From: Candidatus Multivoradales bacterium
GTDB lineage: Bacteria > Acidobacteriota > Thermoanaerobaculia > Multivoradales > J023
Direction: 5' to 3'
DNA: 64,000 bases
NCBI GenBank assembly: GCA_965248925.1
Contig: CBDFLE010000005.1
Coordinates: 384,001-448,000 of the forward strand
The position numbers and the translations under genes were made by a program. Below are positions 58,370 through 64,000 of the stretch, piece by piece. Positions within the stretch are counted from its first letter, which is position 1, and each line of letters opens with the position of its first letter. A model generated the notes under the pieces. It searched no databases. It saw only the letters and a program-made list of their open reading frames with translations, and was not told where the DNA came from.

Positions 58370-60628
58370 ATGGTTGCCCGCGCAAAAACATGGCGCTTGT
58401 GTATCGACACCGGCGGCACCTTCACCGACTGTCTGGCGGTTGACCCGCAGGGTGGTCGGCGGCGAGCGAAAATACTTAGCAGTAGCACTTTCCGGGCGCG
58501 AGTTCGCCAGGCTAGGGCACCTCGCCGGTTGACTTTCGCGGCTTCCTGGCAGGCGCCGATAGACTTCTTGCGCGGTGGCCGGCTGCGTTGGTTACAGCGC
58601 GACGAGCCGCCGCTGGCGGTCGTCGGCTCGCGGTCGGATGAGCTGCTGACCGCAGAAGAACTACCGCTCGATTTGCAGCCGGGGGAGCGTTTCGAAGTCG
58701 CTTTCGAGGAAGAGGCGCCGGTGTTGGCGGCCCGTTGGTTGACCGGTACTGCTGGCGGCTGTGCCTTGCCGCCGATCGACTTGCGATTGGCGACCACCCG
58801 CGGCACCAACGCCTTGTTGCAGCGCAGAGGCGCGCCTACGGCGCTGTTTATCACCCGTGGCTTCGCTGATTTGTTGCGCATCGGCAGCCAGCAGCGACCT
58901 GACCTCTTTGCTCTCGATATTGTTCGTCCGGCGCCTCTCTACAGCGCAGTGGTAGAAGTCGACGAGCGCCTGGCGGCGGATGGTTCGGTGGTGCGAGCGC
59001 TCGATCTCGAGTCGCTGGGTGCGCGCTCGGCGGAGCTCCTGGACGCGGGTCTTACCAGCGCCGCCGTGGCTCTACTGCATAGCTATCGCAATCCGGCGCA
59101 CGAAGAGAGGCTCAGTGAGCACCTCCGCGCCTTGGGCTGGCCGCAGGTCTCGGCTTCGGCGGCCTTGTCGCCGACGGTGAAGATCTTGCCGCGAGCCGAG
59201 ACCGCGGTGGTGGATGCCTTTTTGGCGCCCATTGTCGGTGACTATCTGCGACAAGTGGGGGCGGCGGTGAACGGCCAGCTACAGGTCATGACCAGTGCCG
59301 GAGGCCTGAGCCGGACGGACACTTTCCGCGCTTGCGACAGCCTGCTGTCGGGACCGGCGGGGGGGGTGGTGGGGGCGGCGGCCTGTGGCATCGCCAACGG
59401 CTACCGGCGCTTGCTCGCTTTCGACATGGGAGGCACCTCGACCGATGTGTCCCGCTTTGACGGCGATTTCGAGTATCGGTTCGAACATCAGGTCGGCGAT
59501 GCCAGGGTAGCGGCGCCAGCACTTTACATCGAGACGGTGGCGGCCGGCGGCGGGTCGGTGTGCTGGCTCGATGGCCAGCAATTGAAAGTAGGTCCGCAAA
59601 GCGCCGGGGCCGATCCCGGCCCTGCTTGCTATGGCGCCGGCGGGCCGCTGACCCTGACGGATGTCAATCTCTTGCTCGGCCGGCTGGCGCTGGAGAGATT
59701 TCCGATCCCGGTCGAGCCGCTGGCGGCGCGCCAGGCCCTCGACCCGTTGCTGGAATCCTGCAGCGGCGAACCCGTTCCCAAGATGGCTGCAGAGCGAGTG
59801 CTCGCCGGCCTGTTGGAGATCGCCAACGAGCGCATGGCCGATGCCATTCGTCAAGTATCGGTCGGTCGCGGATTCGATCCTCGGCAGCACGCTTTGGTGG
59901 CGTTTGGCGGCGCTGGCGGCCAGCACGCCTGCGCCCTGGCCGAGTTGCTTGCTATCGAGCGGGTGCTGTTGCCGGCCGAGGCCGGCCTACTGAGTGCCCT
60001 GGGTCTGGGCGAGGCGCGCCTGGAACGCTTTGCCCATCGGCAAGTTCTGCGGCCACTGGCGGAGGTCGAGAACGAGCTGCCAGGCCTGCTGGCTGAGCTT
60101 GATCAGCAGGCCCGGGCCGAGGTGGTGGCTGCCGGGGTAGCTGCTGAGCGAGTCAGTGTCCGCCGACGGTTGGGGTTGCTGCGGTTGCTGGGTCAGGAGA
60201 GCACCTTGGAAATCGAGCTCGGACCACTGGCGACCGGCGGCGAGCCGGCGGTGGAGTTTGCCCAGGCCTACCAGCAGATATATGGCTATCCGCCTCCTCG
60301 GCGACCGATCGAGGTGGAGTCCTTGCGGGTCGTGGCTAGCGAGATCGCGCCGCCGACTGGTCCTTGCCCTGAACCTCCAGCGGCGGTCCAGCAAATGGCC
60401 AAGACAAGCGGTTCCCAGCGGGTTTTCGTTGCCGGTGCTTGGCGCTCGGTGGCGACTTTTTGGCGGCCTGACTTGCAGATCGGCGAGTGGCTCGACGGTC
60501 CGGCGATGGTGTTCGAGCCGCACGCCACCTTGTTGGTGGAGAACGGTTGGCGAGCGCGGGTCAGTGGCGACTGCACCTTGGTGCTCGAAAATCACGCCGT
60601 GTTGGAACTAGGGAAAACGGCGCGATGA
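58370..60628 (+). CDS. Hydantoinase A / 5-oxoprolinase ATP-binding subunit
   Basis: IDTGGTFTD, SGPAGG, FDMGGTSTD, GPQSAGADPGPACY. Confidence 0.92.
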   Translation: MVARAKTWRLCIDTGGTFTDCLAVDPQGGRRRAKILSSSTFRARVRQARAPRRLTFAASWQAPIDFLRGGRLRWLQRDEPPLAVVGSRSDELLTAEELPLDLQPGERFEVAFEEEAPVLAARWLTGTAGGCALPPIDLRLATTRGTNALLQRRGAPTALFITRGFADLLRIGSQQRPDLFALDIVRPAPLYSAVVEVDERLAADGSVVRALDLESLGARSAELLDAGLTSAAVALLHSYRNPAHEERLSEHLRALGWPQVSASAALSPTVKILPRAETAVVDAFLAPIVGDYLRQVGAAVNGQLQVMTSAGGLSRTDTFRACDSLLSGPAGGVVGAAACGIANGYRRLLAFDMGGTSTDVSRFDGDFEYRFEHQVGDARVAAPALYIETVAAGGGSVCWLDGQQLKVGPQSAGADPGPACYGAGGPLTLTDVNLLLGRLALERFPIPVEPLAARQALDPLLESCSGEPVPKMAAERVLAGLLEIANERMADAIRQVSVGRGFDPRQHALVAFGGAGGQHACALAELLAIERVLLPAEAGLLSALGLGEARLERFAHRQVLRPLAEVENELPGLLAELDQQARAEVVAAGVAAERVSVRRRLGLLRLLGQESTLEIELGPLATGGEPAVEFAQAYQQIYGYPPPRRPIEVESLRVVASEIAPPTGPCPEPPAAVQQMAKTSGSQRVFVAGAWRSVATFWRPDLQIGEWLDGPAMVFEPHATLLVENGWRARVSGDCTLVLENHAVLELGKTAR

Positions 60629-62220
60629 GTCACCACGCTCAGCAGCCCGAGGCGGTGGCCTTGGAGTTGTTCACCAACCGCTTCGCGGCCATCGCCGCCG
60701 AAATGGGCGAGGTGCTTCGGCGCACCGCCCTGTCGACCAACATTCGCGATCGGCTTGACTTCTCATGTGCCTTGCTCGATCGCGCGGGGCGACTGGTAGT
60801 CAACGCGCCGCATATTCCGGTGCATCTGGGCGCCCTCGGCCCTTGCGTGCGGGCGGTTGCCAGTCACCTCGAACTCGGCCCGGGTGATTCGGCGGTCACC
60901 AACCATCCGGCCTTCGGCGGCTCTCACCTGCCCGATGTGACGGTGATCACGCCGGTCGATGTGGCTGGCCAGCGGGTGGGCTGGGTTGCCAACCGTGCCC
61001 ACCACGCCGAGATCGGCGGCTGCCGTCCGGGTTCGATGCCGCCGGCTGCGACCTGTTTGGCGGAAGAGGGGGTGGTGATTCCCCCTCTGCGCCTGGTGCG
61101 TGGGGGCGAGGCTCGTTGGCGGGCCGTCGAGGAGTTGCTGGGTGGCGGCCGCTGGCCATCCCGGGCCGTGGCTGAAAACCTGGCCGATCTGAGCGCCGCC
61201 CTGGCGGCCAACCAGCGCGGCGTGGCGGCGCTTACCAAGCTGGTCGAAGAGCATGGCGGTAAGACCGTCAGCCAGTACCTGGACGCCTTGCGCAACAGCG
61301 CCGCCGAGCGCTTGCGAGCGGCGCTCGCCAAGCTACCGTCGGGGCGTCTCGAAGCGACCGAGAGGCTCGACGACGGCACCCCCATCCGGGTTGCGATCAC
61401 TATTGACGGCGATCGCGCTACGGTTGACTTCAGCGGCTCAGGGGCGGTGCACCCCGGCAATTTGAATGCGCCCCGAGCGGTGTCGCGCAGCGCCGTTCTC
61501 TACTGTCTACGCTTGCTGCTGGCCCAGCCCCTGCCGCTCAACGAGGGACTCCTCGAGCCCATCGACCTGATTTTTGAGCAGGGAATTCTCGATCCGCCCT
61601 TCAGCGGTGATCCGGCGAGCGACCCAGCGGTCGTGGGAGGCAACGTAGAGACTTCGCAGCGAATCGTCGACACTCTGCTCAAAGCGCTCGACCTGGCTGC
61701 CGGCAGCCAGGGTACGATGAACAACCTGCTCTTCGGCAATGACCGGTTCGGCTATTACGAGACGGTTTGCGGCGGTGCCGGCGCGGGGCCGGGATTCGCT
61801 GGTGCCAGCGCCGTCCACACTCACATGACCAACACCCGGATCACCGACCCGGAGGTGCTCGAGTCGCGCTATCCGGTACGCCTCGAGAGCTTTGCCTTGC
61901 GTCCTGGAAGTGGCGGCCGGGGTCGATACTCTGGTGGCGACGGAGTACGCCGTGAAATGCTCTTTCTTGAACCGATAGAGTTCTCCCTACTCAGCCAGCA
62001 TCGGCGTGAGCGCCCTTATGGAAGCCACGGTGGTGAACCTGGGGCGCTGGGCCGTCAGCGGCTGATCCGCGCTGACGGTAGCGAGGAAGAACTGGCTGGC
62101 ATCGCGCAGGCAGATTTGCGGCCAGGAGATCGACTCTTGCTAGAGACTCCGGGTGGCGGCGGTTGGGGCCGGTTTGATGAGGATGAGCAAGAGCCGCGAA
62201 GAAAGGAGGGCGCCGAATGA
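60625..62220 (+). CDS. Hydantoinase B / 5-oxoprolinase subunit
   Basis: [36 protein letters not shown]; ATGA overlap. Confidence 0.92.
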   Translation: MSHHAQQPEAVALELFTNRFAAIAAEMGEVLRRTALSTNIRDRLDFSCALLDRAGRLVVNAPHIPVHLGALGPCVRAVASHLELGPGDSAVTNHPAFGGSHLPDVTVITPVDVAGQRVGWVANRAHHAEIGGCRPGSMPPAATCLAEEGVVIPPLRLVRGGEARWRAVEELLGGGRWPSRAVAENLADLSAALAANQRGVAALTKLVEEHGGKTVSQYLDALRNSAAERLRAALAKLPSGRLEATERLDDGTPIRVAITIDGDRATVDFSGSGAVHPGNLNAPRAVSRSAVLYCLRLLLAQPLPLNEGLLEPIDLIFEQGILDPPFSGDPASDPAVVGGNVETSQRIVDTLLKALDLAAGSQGTMNNLLFGNDRFGYYETVCGGAGAGPGFAGASAVHTHMTNTRITDPEVLESRYPVRLESFALRPGSGGRGRYSGGDGVRREMLFLEPIEFSLLSQHRRERPYGSHGGEPGALGRQRLIRADGSEEELAGIAQADLRPGDRLLLETPGGGGWGRFDEDEQEPRRKEGAE

Positions 62221-63524
62221 AGAAGAGTCAGAAGCGAATGTCCTCAGTGCTCACCGGCGCGGTGATTTCAGCCGCCTTTCTCGGTCCCGGCACGGTCACC
62301 ACCGCCGCCCGCGCCGGTGCCGCTCACGGCTTGAGCTTGCTCTGGGCGCTGGCCTTCTCGACCGCCGCCTGTTTGATTCTGCAAGAGGCTAGCGCGCGCA
62401 TGACGTTGCGCTCGGGCTTACCTCTTGGCAAGGCCCTTCGGCAGCGATTCGAGCAGGGCGCCGGCTCGACGTTGGTGCTGATCGTCGTCCTGGGAGCGGT
62501 AGTTTTGGGCTGTGCCGCCTACGAGGCAGGCAATATTCTCGGCGGTGTTGCCGGCGCCGGACTTGCCGTGGGATGGAGTCGCGCCAGCCTGACTCTGCTC
62601 TGTGGCGCAGGCGCGGGTTTGTTGTTGTGGCTAGGCAGCCTGCGGGTGGTGACCGCTGTGTTGGCTGCCCTAGTGGCAGTAATGGGCGCTGTCTTCATGC
62701 TCACCGCGGTGCTGTTGCGACCTGCCGTGGGCGAATTACTCGCTGGTCTCGTGCGACCGGTGCTGCCGAGTGGCTCTGGTCTGTTGGTCCTGGCTTTGAT
62801 CGGCACTACGGTGGTGCCTTACAACCTCTTCTTGGGTTCTGGCTTGGCGCGAGGCCAGGACTTGCGAGCTACTCGTTGGGGCCTGGTTGTGGCGATTGTT
62901 CTCGGCGGTTTGATCTCCATGGCGGTAGTGGTGGTCGGCACCGCGGTGGGCGATACATTCAGCTACCGAGCCCTGGCGGAAGTGCTGAGCGAGCGGCTTG
63001 GAGATTGGGCTCGCGGGCTTTTCGCGGCGGGGTTGTTCGCGGCAGGATTCAGCTCCGCGGTGACCGCGCCGCTGGCGGCGGCGATGACCGCGCGCAGCAT
63101 CTTCGAGTGTCAGGGAGGGCCGGCTTGGGGTCCGCGTTCAGCCCGCTATCGCGGGGTGTGGCTGGGAGTGTTGCTGACCGGGGTGGGTTTCGGCCTGAGC
63201 GGTGTGCGGCCAGTGCCGGCGATTGTGCTGGCGCAGGCGCTCAATGGTTTGTTACTGCCGTTGGTGGCGGTCTTCCTCCTGCTGGCGATCAACGACCGCC
63301 GAAGGATGGGGGAGGCGATCAACGGTCGCTGGGCCAATCTGTTGACCGCGGGGGTGGTGTGGATCACCTTGGTGCTCGGGTTCCGTGGTCTGGCGGGTGC
63401 GGCGAGCACGAGTTTTGGCTTGCAGGTTGCCGATCGCCACTTGCTGTTGGCCGGGGGCATCACTGCCCTGCTGCTGGCTTGGCCGGTGGCGCGAGCGCTA
63501 GTCGCCGGGCGCCGCAGTACTTAG
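62217..63524 (+). CDS. Nramp-family (YcsG-like) transporter
   Basis: AAFLGPGTVTT, QEASAR, GNILG, IGTTVVPYNLFL. Confidence 0.85.
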   Translation: MKKSQKRMSSVLTGAVISAAFLGPGTVTTAARAGAAHGLSLLWALAFSTAACLILQEASARMTLRSGLPLGKALRQRFEQGAGSTLVLIVVLGAVVLGCAAYEAGNILGGVAGAGLAVGWSRASLTLLCGAGAGLLLWLGSLRVVTAVLAALVAVMGAVFMLTAVLLRPAVGELLAGLVRPVLPSGSGLLVLALIGTTVVPYNLFLGSGLARGQDLRATRWGLVVAIVLGGLISMAVVVVGTAVGDTFSYRALAEVLSERLGDWARGLFAAGLFAAGFSSAVTAPLAAAMTARSIFECQGGPAWGPRSARYRGVWLGVLLTGVGFGLSGVRPVPAIVLAQALNGLLLPLVAVFLLLAINDRRRMGEAINGRWANLLTAGVVWITLVLGFRGLAGAASTSFGLQVADRHLLLAGGITALLLAWPVARALVAGRRST

Positions 63525-64000
63525 GGACGACTCTGACGCTGAACCTCGTAGACCGCCAGCGCGGCCGCGGTGGAGAGGTTGAGCGAGCGCACCGGTCCGC
63601 CGAGCATGGGGATGGCGATCAGCCGCTCTTGGTACTGCTGCCGCAATGCCGCGGAGAGACCGCGGCTTTCACTGCCGAAAATCAGCACGCTATTCGCAGG
63701 GTAGGTCGGTTGCCAATAGTCCCGTTGGCCTTCGCCACTGAAAAAGTACGGTCTGCCGAGCTGCTGCAGGGTGCTTTCGAACTCTGCCCATCCGGACCAG
63801 ATTTTAGGTTGGACGTGTTGCCAGTAATCGAGACCGGCGCGGCGTAGGCGATGTTCCGCCAGCGAGAAACCCAGCGGCCGGATCAAGTGCAATTGGGCGC
63901 CTACCGCCAGGCACGTACGGCCGATGTTGCCGCTGTTCCAGGGAATCTCTGGCTCGACGAGCACGATGTGCAGCGAGTCGTTCTGGGGAATAGGGGAATT
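63521..64000 (-). CDS. trmL: tRNA (cytidine(34)-2'-O)-methyltransferase, 5'-truncated by the window edge
   Basis: HIVLVEPEIPWNSGNIGR, RRAGLDYW, FGSESRGL, RSLNLS. Confidence 0.92.
   Translation of the reverse strand, partial: NSPIPQNDSLHIVLVEPEIPWNSGNIGRTCLAVGAQLHLIRPLGFSLAEHRLRRAGLDYWQHVQPKIWSGWAEFESTLQQLGRPYFFSGEGQRDYWQPTYPANSVLIFGSESRGLSAALRQQYQERLIAIPMLGGPVRSLNLSTAAALAVYEVQRQSRP

Overview
High-GC bacterial chromosomal window (roughly 63-65% by eye). Tandem VWA proteins, a DUF5916-type barrel and many lipoproteins suggest Acidobacteriota, but that is only an inference. Layout: (1) 1-6.9 kb, end of an HdrD/CCG-type oxidoreductase followed by a lipoate-assembly operon (two lipoate ligases, a GcvH-like carrier, LipS1, LipS2 and a third radical SAM enzyme); (2) 6.9-14.6 kb, decayed accessory region with a complete IS66 (TIRs, 8-bp TSD) splitting a gene, intact and broken toxin-antitoxin modules and an ABC-F; (3) 14.7-18.9 kb, housekeeping genes; (4) 18.9-24.3 kb, a large secreted multidomain pseudogene hit by an IS4-derived mini-element that itself carries an IS3-type IS; (5) 24.5-35.3 kb, two Rieske-fused enzymes with an antiporter, a sirtuin, an outer-membrane protein and vapBC; (6) 35.4-43.0 kb, the strongest novelty candidate: a nitrilase-like gene, a winged-HTH gene and a 1713-aa NLR-like protein (ParA-like ATPase + restriction endonuclease + NACHT + pentapeptide + WD40) whose WD40 region is a near-identical 126-bp tandem array varying at a few surface positions; (7) 43-64 kb, leuS, VWA pair, class II DAHP synthase, murJ, TPR proteins, oxoprolinase + Nramp-like transporter, trmL. 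No rRNA, tRNA or CRISPR array was recognised. All family calls come from reading motifs by eye, not from database searches.
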